Shown here piece after piece: positions 28,411 through 45,872 of a DNA stretch of 64,000 nt. The notes below the pieces were generated by a model that worked only from the letters and a program-made list of their open reading frames with translations, did not search any database and was not told the origin of the DNA. Origin of the DNA: the human T2T-CHM13v2.0 reference genome, Homo sapiens; the NCBI RefSeq assembly GCF_009914755.1, contig NC_060929.1, one strand, 5' to 3'. The number at the start of each line of letters is the position of its first letter. Position 1 is the first letter of the stretch. Position numbers and translations under genes: made by a program.

Positions 28411-29794
28411 CAATTAAATTCTAAATGCTTACAAGCAGGTTTGGCTTATATTTATTTCAATAAGAAATTTCAGAGCTGGGGCCAAGATGGCTGACTAGAA
28501 GCAGAGGTGATCGGAGGCTCCTAGCGGATAAAAACATAATAAGCATGTGAATCCTTCACCGGCAGCAAGGTAAGCCGGTTCTCTCATCAAAACTGACTAG
28601 AAGGGCTGGAGTGACCCAAGGAGAGAAAGAAGGGCAATGTGGTGCAGTGGCCCACCTGAGAGCCACATGGGGAAGGGGAACCCCCGACCCCAGCCAGGGA
28701 GGTGGTGAGTGAGCGTGCTACCCAGCATGGGAAACTGCTTTTTCCACGGAGTTGTGTAACCCATGGATTAGAAGAACCTACTGGTGAACCCACACCACCA
28801 GGGCCTAGTGTTCCAAGCCCAGAATGCACAGATTCTTATAGCCTCTCAGCTAGAATCTTCTTAAGCCTACTGAACTCCCAGCGGGAGCGGTGACCAGCAC
28901 CAGCTGTCTGCTGTCTAAGCCCATTTGAGCTGCTTGCGGGAGGGGCAGCAGCCAGCACTGAAACTCGCAACTGCCTAACAGGCTAAGCTGCCTGGGTGGG
29001 GGAAGGAAGGCACCCATTTCTATAGCTCCAGGCTGCGCTTTTCCCCCTGCTGGAACCTGGGAGGCTGGACAGCTTGTTTCCAAGACTTGTCCCCACAGCT
29101 TAACATACCAGCTGTGGCAGTCTGTGGCCAGGCCTAACCCTGACCCATCCTTCTTCAGTGGGTGGGACTTCCCTACAGGATCTCCAATAACTGCAGCCAG
29201 AGGTTCAGGGACAGAATTCGGATCATCCTAGGCCTCAGCCCTGAGCCTGAGCCCCTAAGGGAGAAGTTGCCACAGTCTCTGCAGACCAGCAGACTTAGCC
29301 TCTCCTCCTGGTAGTTCTGAGGAATCCAGGTAACCCAGATGAGTGGGGTTTCCCCCAGCAAAACACACCCTCTCCACCAAGAGACAAAGTATTTGGTTAA
29401 ATGGGTCTTGCTCCCTGTGCCACCCAATTGGGTGAGACACTCCAACAGGGGTTGTCAGACACCCTATACAGGAGCGATCCTACTAGCATAAAGTTGGTGC
29501 CTCTTGAGGTCAGAGGTCCCAGAAGAAGGAGCAGGCACCCATCTTTGCGGCTGTCCAGCCTCCTTGAGTGACATCTCCAGGCACGGGAGTGAACCAGATG
29601 AACAGGGCCTGAAGTGAACCCCCAGCAAACTGCAGCAGCCCTACAGAAGAGGGACCAGACTATTGAAAGAAAAACAAACAAGCAGAAAGTGACAACAAGA
29701 GCATCAACAACAACAACAACAAAAAAAGGACCCCACAAAAACCCCATCCAAGGGTCTGCAGCCTCAAAGACCTAAACTAGACAAACTCATGAAG

Positions 29795-30823
29795 ATGAGA
29801 AAGAGTCATCAAAAAAAACATTGAAAACCCAAAAGGCCACAGTGCCTCTTCTCCTTCAAATGATTGCAATGTCTCTCCATCAGGGGCACAGAACTGGACA
29901 GAGGACCAGACGGATGAATGGACAGAAGTAGGTTTCAGAAGATGGGTAATAAAAAAATTCCACTGAGCTAATGTAGCATGTGCTAACCCAATGCAAAGAA
30001 GCTAAGAACTTTAAATAAAAGGTTAGAGGAATTGCTAACTAGAATAACCAGTTTAGAGAGGAACATAAACGACTGAATGGAGCTGAAAAACACAATACGA
30101 GAACTTTATGAAATATACACAAGTATCAATAGCTGAACTGACCACAGGGAAGAAAGGATATCAGAGTTTGAAGACCACCTTACTGAAATAAGACATGCAG
30201 ACAAGAATAGAGAAAGAAGAATGAAAAAGAACAAACAAAGCCTCCAAGAAATATGGGACTTCATAAAAACACTGAACCTACAATCAATTGGAGTACCAAA
30301 AGGTGACAGGGAGAATGGAAACAAGCTGGAAAACACACTTCGGGATATTATCCAGGAGAACTTCCCCAACCTAGAAAGACAGGCCAACATGCAAATTCAA
30401 GACCTACAGAGAACACAATTAAGATGCTCCACAAGAAGATCAACCCCAAGACACATAATCATTAGATTCACCAAGGTCCAAGTGAAGGAAAAACTGTTAA
30501 GAGCAGCCAGAGAGAAAGGCCAGGTCACCTACAAAGGGAAGCCTATCAGACTAACAGTGGACCTCTCAGCAGAAACACTACAAGCCAGAAGAGATTGGGG
30601 GCCAATATTCAACATTCTTAAAGAAAAGAATTTTCAACCCAGAATTCCATATCCAGTCAAACTAAACTTCATAAGCAAAGGAGAAATAAAATCCTTTCTA
30701 GACAAGCAAATGCTGAGGGATTTCATTACCACCAGGCCTGCCCTGCAAGAGCTCATAAAAGAAGCACTAAATATGGAAAGGAGAAACTGGTATCAGCCAC
30801 TACAAAAACACACCAAAATATAA
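29795..30823 (+). pseudogene. L1 ORF1p remnant (C-terminal 200 codons open, N-terminus broken)
   Basis: ORF 30221-30823 has IIQENFPNL, TPRHIIIRF, AAREKG and ARRDW motifs; stops/frameshifts upstream. Confidence 0.92.
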
Positions 30824-30886
30824 AGACCAATGATACTACGAAGAAACTGCATCAACTAGTGTGCAAAATAACCAAATGTCATCATG

Positions 30887-34719
<3,833 letters not shown>

Positions 34720-34859
34720 GCATTGAGAGCACATGGACACAGAGAGGGGAACAACACACACCAGGGTCTGTTGAGGGGTGGGGGGTGAGGGGAGGGAACT
34801 TAGAGGACAGGTTAATAGGTGCAGCAAACCACCATGGCACGTTCTGCACAGGTATCCAG

Positions 34860-35184
34860 TTTTTTATTTTATTTATTTATTATTTATTTATTTTTTTTTT
34901 TTGAGATGGAGTCTTTCTCTGTTGCCCAGGCTGCAGTGCAGTGGCGTGATCTCGGCTCACTGCAAGCTCTGCCTCCCGGGTTCATGCCATTCTCCTGCCT
35001 CAGCCTCCTGAGTAGCTGGGACTACAGGTGCCCACCACCGCAACCTGCTAATTTTTTCCATTTTTTAATAGAGACAGGGTTTCACCATGTTAGCCAGGAT
35101 GGTCTCAATCTCTTGACCTTGTGATCCAGCCGCCTCAGCCTCCCAAAGTGCTGGGATTACAGGTGTGAGCCACTGCGCCTGGCC
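34860..35184 (-). mobile_element. AluY inserted in the L1 3' terminus
   Basis: Reverse-complement Alu with Y diagnostics 'gcaagctc' and 'gttagccaggatgg'; T-rich tail 34860-34902. Confidence 0.93.
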
Positions 35185-35489
35185 TTTATTGTTTTTTTAG
35201 AAGAAGTAAAGAAAAAAAAGAAAAGAAATTTCAGATTGAAGAGTTCACCACATCACATATAAAGTTCTGCCTTGATTTGGGCATTCATGGAGCCAGAAAC
35301 CATAATCACACAGGTATGCCTGGGCTTTATGTCTGTGAAGACTTTCCCAACCCTCTTTTGGCACCAATCAAAACTTAGTTCTCTCTGACTGTGTCAGTCA
35401 CTATTCTGATTTTACACAAATCAAACAGTTTACATAACAATCACTCAACTTAAGAGTAACCTTTAACAAAACTCATGCAGTATTAATAA

Positions 35490-36150
<661 letters not shown>

Positions 36151-36189
36151 AGCCTAATATTTAATATTTTTACATACATTGTACTAAAT

Positions 36190-36340
36190 ATGTGTGTGTG
36201 TCTAGATGTGGATGTGGATATAGATGTAGCTTTACATGTAGATATAGAAAAAAGGCTAAGAACATAGATATGGCTACAGATATAGATGTATATGTTCATA
36301 CTGATACAGAGATGAGATGATGATAGAGATGAAGACAGAG
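36190..36340. repeat. Low-complexity (TG)n plus decayed (TAGATA)n
   Basis: Seen directly. Confidence 0.7.
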
Positions 36341-36344
36341 ATTA

Positions 36345-36830
36345 TCCTCATTTTCCAGAATTCTGAAAATTAGTATGTCCCAGTACTTAGACCTTGTACT
36401 TTTTTGCATCTCTTCTCTCCTCACATTCTCACCGTTAGTTAGATCACTTAGACTCTTGACTTTAAATACAATTATATGCTGACAATGGCAAAATGGATGC
36501 CTCAGACTGGTACTCAACCCTGAATCCTGTTCAGTTGTTAATTGAAGAATATTGAGTCAAGGTAATAAAAAATTTCCTGGTAAATAATCATCCAGGCCTT
36601 TATCAAGTTGAACTTCATATATCTCATCATATATTTCACATAGTCACTTAATAAGCATAACAAAATTAAAATGTTCAACATTAAACTCCTGGTTATTCTC
36701 ACACCAACCTCTCCTCCCCTGTATTTCCTTATCTCATTAAGTGGAACTGTTATTCTTCCAGTCACTCAGGCAAAAAGTGCATGTTTCATATTTGATTTCT
36801 GTTTTACTCTTGCCCTGCCTCCTACACTAC
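36345..36830 (+). mobile_element. L2 body fragment
   Basis: 'gactttaaatacaattatatgctgac' and 'ttccttatctcattaagtggaac...ttccagtcactcaggcaaaaa'. Confidence 0.7.
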
Positions 36831-37504
36831 ATAGGGCCAATTATAATTAATAACACATGAATATATTTGCTTTCACTATACATGTTGAGATTTATTTATA
36901 TTGTTTTAAATTCTAAAATATTAGTGATGTGCATTTGGCCTGATAACTAAACACAGAGGGAAATATGTCTGACTAATACATGATTTCATGGGTACATAAT
37001 TTTCATCCACATCAAATCTTTTATTGCTTAAGGCAACATTAGTAGCAATTCTAGTTCAACAGTTGCATGTCACACAAACCTGAGGATGTTTTTCTCAAAA
37101 ATTGGAGTGGCAGCTGATCCTTAGGTTGTATAAAAATATTTGTTCCTGTTCCCATATATAAGGAAAAAATATAGAGGGATAAGGGCGTATCTCCTATTGA
37201 GTCTGATTCCCATGTGCTCTAAGGGGCATCCGTTTCTAAGTCAGACCCCTCTGGAAAAAATATTAACTTTTCCAGGCCAAAGCAATACATAAAACTAAGC
37301 ATGAAGATATAAAGAAAAAATCTGATTGAAATGTCATCAGAACACTCAGGTGTTTAATCAATTTGTGTATAGACCCACAAGAAAGCCCATCAGAGTATTC
37401 TCTACTCTCTCTCTCTCTCTCCCTTAGAGACAGACACTTCTGTATATATGTATTTTCTTCATGTACAAAAGAGATGAGCTATGAACAACTTCTTAAGAAA
37501 TGTC

Positions 37505-37859
<355 letters not shown>

Positions 37860-40328
37860 TCACCAATAAGTAAAATCCCACCAATACCATCAGAATGAGC
37901 GTACTACTTTGGACCACTTAAACCACAAACAGCAAGCTAGTTCTAAGCAAGTAATTATACAGGCAGCTGAAGTAGAAAGTCAGAAGGCGGGAGGATAGAA
38001 GAAGCATTTCCAGAATTCACTGAAACGAAGCTTCCAAAAACATCAAGTGGCCAGTTGAAGAACCCAGCAGCTGCACACCTATTAGCCATTTTCATGTAAA
38101 TTATGAATCCAGCAAGCAAGTCAAAAATATTGACAAACACTTAAGCTAGAGTTATAGTCACTAATCAAAGGCTTGCCTTCACCTGTGCTCAGTGGGAACT
38201 GTGCTTTATTCTTTTATTGGCCTTTACTTTCAAGCTAACAGAACACAATTAACCAAGAAGAAGCGCAATTAACCAAGAAAAGTCATCCAACAATAAGTTA
38301 TTCAGGAAAATGCCATGCCAATGTATTTCATTCTTGGCTCTCTCTATAGCAGATGATTTCATAGCCTTTTTATTAAGAAGAATAAGGATCTACAACACTC
38401 CTCTTTCTCTCCACATTCCTGCCTCTTCTCATGCTGCTATGAAACGTCTTTGAATTTATTTTCTGATTTCTGTCCCTCTGCTAACCAATTAAGTGTGGAT
38501 AAAACTCACGTATAGTCAGTGTGTCCCTTATGCATATAGAATAAGATCTGAACTGCTCCTCCTAGAATTCAAAGTCTTTCACAAATCAGCCGCTTTGGGT
38601 CTCTTCACTAATCCCCCATCATCGTGAATGGCTGCATGAAGATGAAATACCCAGGGAAATGTAGAGACAAACAAAAGGGTGTTTTCAAGTGAATAGTGGG
38701 GCAGGTCTTTCATGCATCCTGAATATACCATCAAAATATCAGAAAGATGCTTCATGAGATGCAATGCATGAATTTTAAAACCTTGTCATTTCAGTTACTA
38801 ATTTTTAGCAGAAACGTGATTAAGAAAAGCCCTAGACAGCCCTAACTCCCAGGCCTTCAGGAAACAGCTATATTTCCTGCTCACCAGTATGACATTTGTA
38901 ACAAAACAGAATATGTTGGAATCAAAAGCTACTCTTTAATCACTCTCTATTTGGTTTAAAACATATTCTTCACCAAAGAACTCAAGCTCACTTCTTAATC
39001 TTCATCACTTTAAAAAATATAACAGCTTTTCATCAATAGCATTCATTTTATCTATATTCTTGTCATAGTTCCCTTGAGATGCCTCACGTTTCTTTTATTA
39101 AGACCCTCCTAGGCCTTTCTGTAATATGCAATAAGGGTATATTTACATCACACTCCCACTGCACAAATCAGTACAACATAAGTAAATTATTCCAAAAACT
39201 TTCTCAGAGTCTGGCTCCTTGGCTAAAAACCATGTGTATCACAGTTTTTACAAAAACACATACCACTTCCTCAATAGAATAGGGTGGCTCCATCTGTGTG
39301 ATTCTATTCAACTATTGTACAGCATGGGAACAGATATTTATGAATCATTTGTCCAACAGACCTCATTGGATCCCTAACACCTGCTGTGTAAAACATATCT
39401 TCAGGCATATGATGAAAATATTTCAAAACTCATGAGAAGCCAAAATAAAGCAGCTCTTTCTTAGTTTGACATCACAAAATAATAAGTTTAATTAAAATAT
39501 ATTTCTGAGCTGGACTTGAAAGAAGGCAAATACCACTTTTAAAAGATGATGACAAAGACCTTAAGAAGACTAAAAGGGGTAACTATCAGTGATACTCAGG
39601 CCTCAAAGCAATCCCAATCATCTGTCTGCTGCAGAGTAACCACTCTAGTCAAGCACCCTCTTTCTTCTGACATCTGCCTTCCCATTCATTTTCAAACCCA
39701 TGCTTATATTTTTAAGGAATTCTTGCCTCTTTTGTCTTTGCCTTTGCACTCCCTTCAATTGACTGTTTATTCTAAAAGTTATTCAAAATGTACATAACAG
39801 TGAAGGTTAGTGCTGATACCAAAAAAAAAAAAAATGTTAAAATCCTAGTCTCATGCTATTTTTGTTATGAGTAGGTGGCTGGCCCAAATAGCATCTATCC
39901 ACACAACTGTCTTGTGACCCGAGTTGCTTTGGTTCATTCACATCTCCTGCTTTTCTCTCTAGAGCATTACCCGCTCAACACTGAAATAGCTAATCATTTC
40001 ACAGACAGCTATCTGACTGATTTGTAGATAGCGTACTAAACAACTGGGTTGCCTGCTATTTCCCCCTGCATTTTCCCCTGCATTGATCAAATAATCCTGA
40101 ATCACTGTGCTGCAGCCTTCTTTCTCACCTATTGACTTCATACTCATTTTTCTTCTCTGCAGACTCTATTTCATTTCCTCTTTATCTGACTTGGCCTCAT
40201 TTTTACTTTATCATAGGTAGTAAGTCAATTTGTAGTCACAGGGTTATCAGTAAAGATTATCAGAATGGACATCTGTCCTCCACACCAAAAGAAAAAAAAG
40301 TGCTTGATGACTAGATGTATGGGGAATT

Positions 40329-40386
40329 ACACACATGCATGTACGCACGTGTGTGAGCACACGCACACACACGTGTGCAAGTGCAC
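40329..40386. repeat. Alternating purine-pyrimidine tract with internal inverted repeat
   Basis: cacgtgtgtg ... cacacacgtg arms; two CACGTG. Confidence 0.85.
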
Positions 40387-41015
40387 TCCCACCTAAACAA
40401 ATCTGTCAGCTGTCATTCTGGGCCCTTGCTAGCATTTCACTTTGAATGCCAAGTGGCCTCCAGGTCAAAGGGTACAAGCAGAAAAACACGGGAAAGCAAT
40501 AAATAAGTTCTTCTGACAAGGGAGCTTTTATCACCAACAGTGGTGTGGTCATTAAAAACACAGAATAATCCAATCTTAATTCCTCTTACTCTCTACAGAG
40601 AGGACACTTTAAAACATTTAAACCTCTCAGTCAGAATATTGTATTTTCTTTGAAGGGAGAAAAAGAAAAAAGAGAATTAGCTCACCTTTGTTATTTGGGA
40701 TTTAAAGTAATTTCAAACTGTGAAAGTTCTATAAAAGGGTTTCCTGCAAATGTTTGAAATGGAAACAGAATGACATGATACTCAGTCTTGAGAATGGTAA
40801 ATGTTTATATGTAGCCCATGACTGCATTCCCATAATGATAAAAGTTCAGTGGTAATTGAAATGAGAGATTATGTTGCTATTTCCTGTACTGGGAATTAAT
40901 GTTAATATCCCTATGAATTATCTAAAAGAGGCATTACCGAATGAAATTCACAAGTTTGAAAATGAAACAGCTATTTTTGAAAGTAAAATCCCATGCACAT
41001 GGAGATACTCTAATG

Positions 41016-41239
41016 CAGTGATGATTTCATCTGGGGATAATTTTGCCCTCAGGGGATATTTGGCAACGTCTAGAGACATTTTGGTCATTACAATTCAGTG
41101 GATACTACTAGCATCTAGTGGGGACAGAGATGCTGCTGACTATTCCTGGCCCCACTTACCATGAACAAGAAAGTCCTCATCCCTGCAACAAAGAATTACC
41201 AGCCACAAATGTCAGTTGTGCCAAGATTCAAGAGCTCTG
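41016..41239. mobile_element. MER20 (hAT-Charlie) non-autonomous DNA transposon
   Basis: 'ggggataattttgccctcaggggatatttggcaacgtctagagacatttt' ... 'caacaaagaattaccagccacaaatgtcagttgtgccaag'. Confidence 0.88.
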
Positions 41240-41379
41240 CTATACTAAGAAAGCATCCAAGGCCCAAGGTTCATTTCAAAATGAACAAAGGTAGTAAGAT
41301 AAAATAAAAAGCCCACAAGACTGTTTACAGTAGGATGAGTTCTGAAATACCAATTGTTACTTAGGAAAGAACAATATCC

Positions 41380-41445
41380 TGGAACTTTAGAGCTGGAAGG
41401 AACAGAACAGATTATCTAATCCAAACTTCACTTTTCAGAGCTTGG
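41380..41445 (-). mobile_element. MIR-family fragment
   Basis: 'ttagagctggaagg...attatctaatccaaac...ttttcaga'. Confidence 0.55.
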
Positions 41446-41722
41446 CACCAATGAGGAGGTATGCTGTGTGCTTGCCTGCAGCCTGCAAACTCCTGGCTGA
41501 CTGTGGGGCATAAGGAAGAACAGTGGGTGGACTTGATTTTGTAGTGGTAGACACAGTCCTAGAATCTCATGGAGCTATTAAGAACTGTTGTCTGAAATGG
41601 TCACTTTAATAAGATCAGGGTGGTTCAATCTGGATGGCAAAGAGTAAGAAGGAATATCACTGAGGTTAATAGCATAAGTAAGGAAAACAGGTAAACATAT
41701 ATTTCTACATCGAATGTTACTG

Positions 41723-42224
41723 TGTTACCAAAATACCAGGGATTTGATCTAGGTCCTGTTGCTTACCACACAGAAAGCCAATCACCAAGACAGCAAGTAT
41801 TACCAGGGAAAAAGACTTTATTCGGGTGCTACATCCAAAGAGACAGGAGATCAGTCTTAAACCCATCTCCTCAACTGACTAAAATTAGAAGCTTAATTAT
41901 ATAGCAGGGAACAAACGTAACCATGTGTGGGAAAACATGAATTAGAGAAGGGTAAGGAAGGGGAGTTGATCAATAGGAAGCAGGTGGTTAGTTAGGCAAT
42001 AAGGACAGGTAAGAGGTCTGGCGTCTCAATGTCCAAGTGCGGTGATCTGGTAAGTTTCAGTTCCTTGATACTATCTGGGAAGACTGATGGTTGGTTTTCT
42101 GAGAAGGGAACTCAGATAAGACAAATGTAACTTTTTCCAGTTTTAAGATTGGGAGGACCAATTTCTATGATTATTCAAAAGAAACCACAAATGTCAGTTC
42201 TATTGGACACTTGGGCCAGATTCA
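41723..42224 (-). mobile_element. ERV1-class solo LTR (MER4-group-like; family not fixed)
   Basis: TG...CA termini, 4-bp TSD actg (41719-41722 / 42225-42228), AATAAA on minus strand near 41820. Confidence 0.85.
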
Positions 42225-42454
42225 ACTGTATAAGAATTAAGATAAACCCTTGGAACTTGAAAGTAATGAATTTGTGGAAAAATAGTCCACATATTTTTCA
42301 TACATTTACTAAATTTATGAAATTTGACACTCTTGAAAGGCGACTTAGATTTCAAAAATTAATAGCTTCCAAAGATGTTATACAAATTTATGAGCAAGAA
42401 AGTCATAGCAAGATAAAACAAACAAACAAAAAAAAACCTCAAGCGATTTGGAAA

Positions 42455-43520
42455 TTGTATTGGACAGAGTTGTGCTGGCTCTCGCTGTATAAGCCAAAAT
42501 AGAGTCTACTAAGAGGATGCCATGTGATTCACAGAAATATTGGAAAGAATGAAGAACCAGGCTAAAGACTGTATTCTGGAAACAGCACAAAACCATGCTC
42601 CAACACTGAATGGATAAGAATGCTGGCCCAACACTGATCAGCTCTGCTGCCACTTTTACACTGAGCGCACTGCTGTTGTGGCCAGAGATAAGGCATGACA
42701 ACTGAGACTGTACACTGGCTTAAAGGAGCAGCCCCTGGTTCAGTGGCATGTACCTGTAGTCCCAGCACTTAGGGATGCCAAGGTGGGAGGATTACTTGAG
42801 GCCAGGAGGTCAAGACCACCCTTTGTAACATAGTGAGGCCCCGTGTTCACAGCTACTCAGGAGGTTGAGGCAGGAGGATCACTTGAGGCCAGGAGTTCAA
42901 GGGAACCCTGGGCAATATAGCAAGACTTCATATATTTAAAAAAAAAAAAAAAAGGAGCAAAAGCTGCTTCTCACTGACACCACTTGCTCACCACAGACTG
43001 CAGCCAACTCTGTGCTTTATTATCCCCACTCTGGGTCCCAGGCTGATAGAAGCCACTATCTGGGTTCTACTGTTCTAATTTTACTGTTCACTGAGGCAGA
43101 AGGCAAGAGTTCCAAAGGGTCTCAGTTATTGAACAGTCTTGAACTGTTCAATTCAGTTATTGAACACTCTGAGCCAGAAATAACACCATCACTTTCACTC
43201 ACAGTCCATTAGTCAGTACTAGTCACCTGTCTCCACCCAACAACAAAGGGGCCAGGAAGCATAATCCTGGCCCCTTTGTGTCTCAAAGGCAGAACGCTAA
43301 TGAACCCAACAACTACCTCTACCGCCACTCTGATGTCACTCGGCCTCTGGAAGCCCATTCAGTCCACACCACTGCTCTCACCACCAAAAGGCAAGTGTGA
43401 ACTCTCCCTCCCTTTGTTCTCGTGACACTAACTCTTAGTCTGTCACAGGTGGATCTGTTTGACAGGTCAAATGTCTGTGCTGTAGCATTTTCAGCTCCCA
43501 TAAGCTAAAATGCCCCTTCA
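42455..43520. mobile_element. Old ERVL/MaLR LTR relics (MLT1- and LTR33-like), fragmented
   Basis: 'catcactttcactcacagtccattagtcagtactagtcac...aggggccaggaag' resembles MLT1; flanks resemble ERVL LTRs. Confidence 0.5.
42731..42950 (+). mobile_element. Atypical Alu-family element: two FLAM-like monomers, no A-rich linker
   Basis: Both halves carry left-monomer text 'cttgaggccaggag.tcaag'; one poly-A; TSD aaaggagca 42722-42730 / 42951-42959. Confidence 0.8.
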
Positions 43521-44831
43521 AGCCTCCTAAAGTGCAGCCATTCCTAATCATAAAAATGCCACAAAAATTTAGATGCTAGATGTCCAAAAATATAATAAAT
43601 TCCTACCTAGGAAAGTAATTTTAGAGACATTCATGTTCTCACCACATATGTCCCTTTGAGATACTGCTTAAGTATTGTCTTGAGAGGTCAGATCAATAAG
43701 TCCTAGCCTATTCTCCTGGATTCCCAATCAAAGGTGCCAAGCACAGCAATGACATGGAGAAAATAAAGTGCATTGGAAGGAAGCATTGGCTTTAAAAACA
43801 CCAAGAAGAATACAAGAAAAGAGTGCCTAAAGTGACTGTGTCAAATTGATATTGGGTCTCCTAAGAGCAGAGCACAAGAGAGAGGGCTCAGAGCAAAGAT
43901 GAGAAAATTGTAAAAGGCCAGTTTATATTTGTGGAAATGATCTTTGCAATAGCCAAATGCAATCTGCAACTGGCACCTTGGTGCTGGTCAGGAATATTGA
44001 AAGCTGCCCAGAGGCTGAGCTAAATTGTACTCTTGACACGCCCAGAAGCAGCCATTCCCATCATCAATCTAGATGATTTTATCCTCTCTGACTACAGGTT
44101 TGGTTTTTTTTTGTTTGTTTGTTTGTTTTTTTCATTTCTTTTCTTGACTTTCTCCACTTTTGTAATAGAAAAGGGAGTGCAAAAATGAGGAGATGAAAGC
44201 TGAAATTTTAAAAAGTATATTAGATTAGCTCAAGAAATAAATTACATATGGTCAAATACTTCATATTACCTAAGTGTGAGTGTATTTTGTCTTTGAAGTT
44301 TTTTGCTGAAAAGGGCTCTTCTAATTACAGAACTTCCTAACAGTAATAAGAAAGTTATATTTTATTTTATGAAACTTTCATAAGTACATATATTATAACT
44401 AACTGACATGACTATAGTTATCCCTCTTATGCAAATATGGAATTAATAGTCTTTTTAAACTATGAACTCCTTTCCATTGATATAACTTTTGTCTTATATA
44501 TACCAATATGTACATTAGAAAAATCTTACACACCTGGAATATTTTCAATTCACTTAAAGAAAGTTTTGAGAGTCATTTGTTATTTTAAAATAAAGTGTCT
44601 CTACTTATAAAAGAGGTAATTTAAATTTGAAAAAAAAGTACTTGTTTCCTACCATGGAGGTATGCTTTCTTTTCATTTTAAGCACATGTATACATATGCT
44701 TACAAACTTATATATGTGTGTGTGTTTGCTTATATGTATACGTATGGATGCATGTGTCATGCAGCCATATTAGTGAAAATATATATGTATATATACATGT
44801 ATAAATATTTGTAATTTTACCTGATATGGAT

Positions 44832-45184
44832 TGTATCATTCCTTTTCACGCTGCTGATAAAGACATACCCAAGACAGAACAATTTACAAAAGAAAGAGGT
44901 TTAATGGACTTACAGTTCCCCATGGCTGGGGAAGCCTCAAAATCATGGCAGAAGGCAAGGAGGAACAAGTCACATCTTACGTGGATGGCAGCAGGCAAAG
45001 AGAGAGATTGGGCAGGGAAACTCCTCCTTACGATATCATCAGATCTCATGAGACTTATTCACTATCACGAGAACAGCATGGGAAAGACCTGCCTCCATTA
45101 CTCAATTACCTCCTGCTAGGTCCCTCCCACAACACATGGGAATTCAAGATGAGATTTGGGTGGGGACACAGCCAAACTATATCA
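44832..45184 (-). mobile_element. THE1 (THE1B-like) solo LTR
   Basis: 'cacgctgctgataaagacatacccaagac'...'gggacacagccaaactatatca'; 5-bp TSD tggat. Confidence 0.93.
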
Positions 45185-45217
45185 TGGATTTACAATGCAT
45201 TATTTTTATATGAGATC

Positions 45218-45655
45218 TGGGTGGCCATGTGCAACACCCAAATCCCTCCTACAGGTCTGAGGCACTCATTTCCTCAAATGCTAGGAGAGGTGGCCGGTGG
45301 TACTCTCACCTGAGGCACTCTCAGAGAACTGCTCGCAAAGAGAGCTAGCTCACCAAAATCACACCCCTTCCTCTCCTGTCACAACCCTTCACTGATGACT
45401 GTTCAAAACAAAGGTGTAAAGGTCCAGTCAGCTTACTTCAGTTCAAGACAATTCTGAAGGATCAATCCAGCTCCAGAGCTCCATGTAGGGTCTGCTGAGA
45501 CTTTCTCTGTAACCACATCACATCTTCATCACATCTTAAGTCTCCTCTCATCCCAACCCTACTTCCTCTGCTTTCCCTCTTGTGTTCACCTCCAAATCAC
45601 CCCTCTTCCTGCATATCTTCAAAATCCCTTTCCTGGGGAGCCTGAACTAAGACAA
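45218..45655 (+). mobile_element. LTR16-like ERVL solo LTR
   Basis: 'gacaattctgaaggatcaatccagctccagagctcc' and 3' end 'cctggggagcctgaactaagaca'. Confidence 0.7.
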
Positions 45656-45694
45656 GATAAAAATAAGTATTTTTGCATATTATTATAAACTTTT

Positions 45695-45872
45695 CATTGG
45701 GCAAGTTACTCAACTTCTTCATGCTTTAGTTTGCTCACCTATAAAATGAAGAAAAATAAAAGTGCCTATCTCACAGAATTATTCTTATAATGAAAGTGAT
45801 AATACTAAAGATCTTAAAATAGCATGTAGCATGAAATAACAGTACTCGATAAAATATTAAACATTATTATCA
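45695..45872 (+). mobile_element. MIR
   Basis: 'gggcaagttactcaacttc...agtttgctcacctataaaatg'. Confidence 0.85.

Noticed and set aside
30221-30823. 200-aa ORF as a functional or domesticated L1 ORF1 protein
   Set aside because: Only the C-terminal part is open, the coiled-coil N-terminus is broken, and chance survival of this length is plausible.
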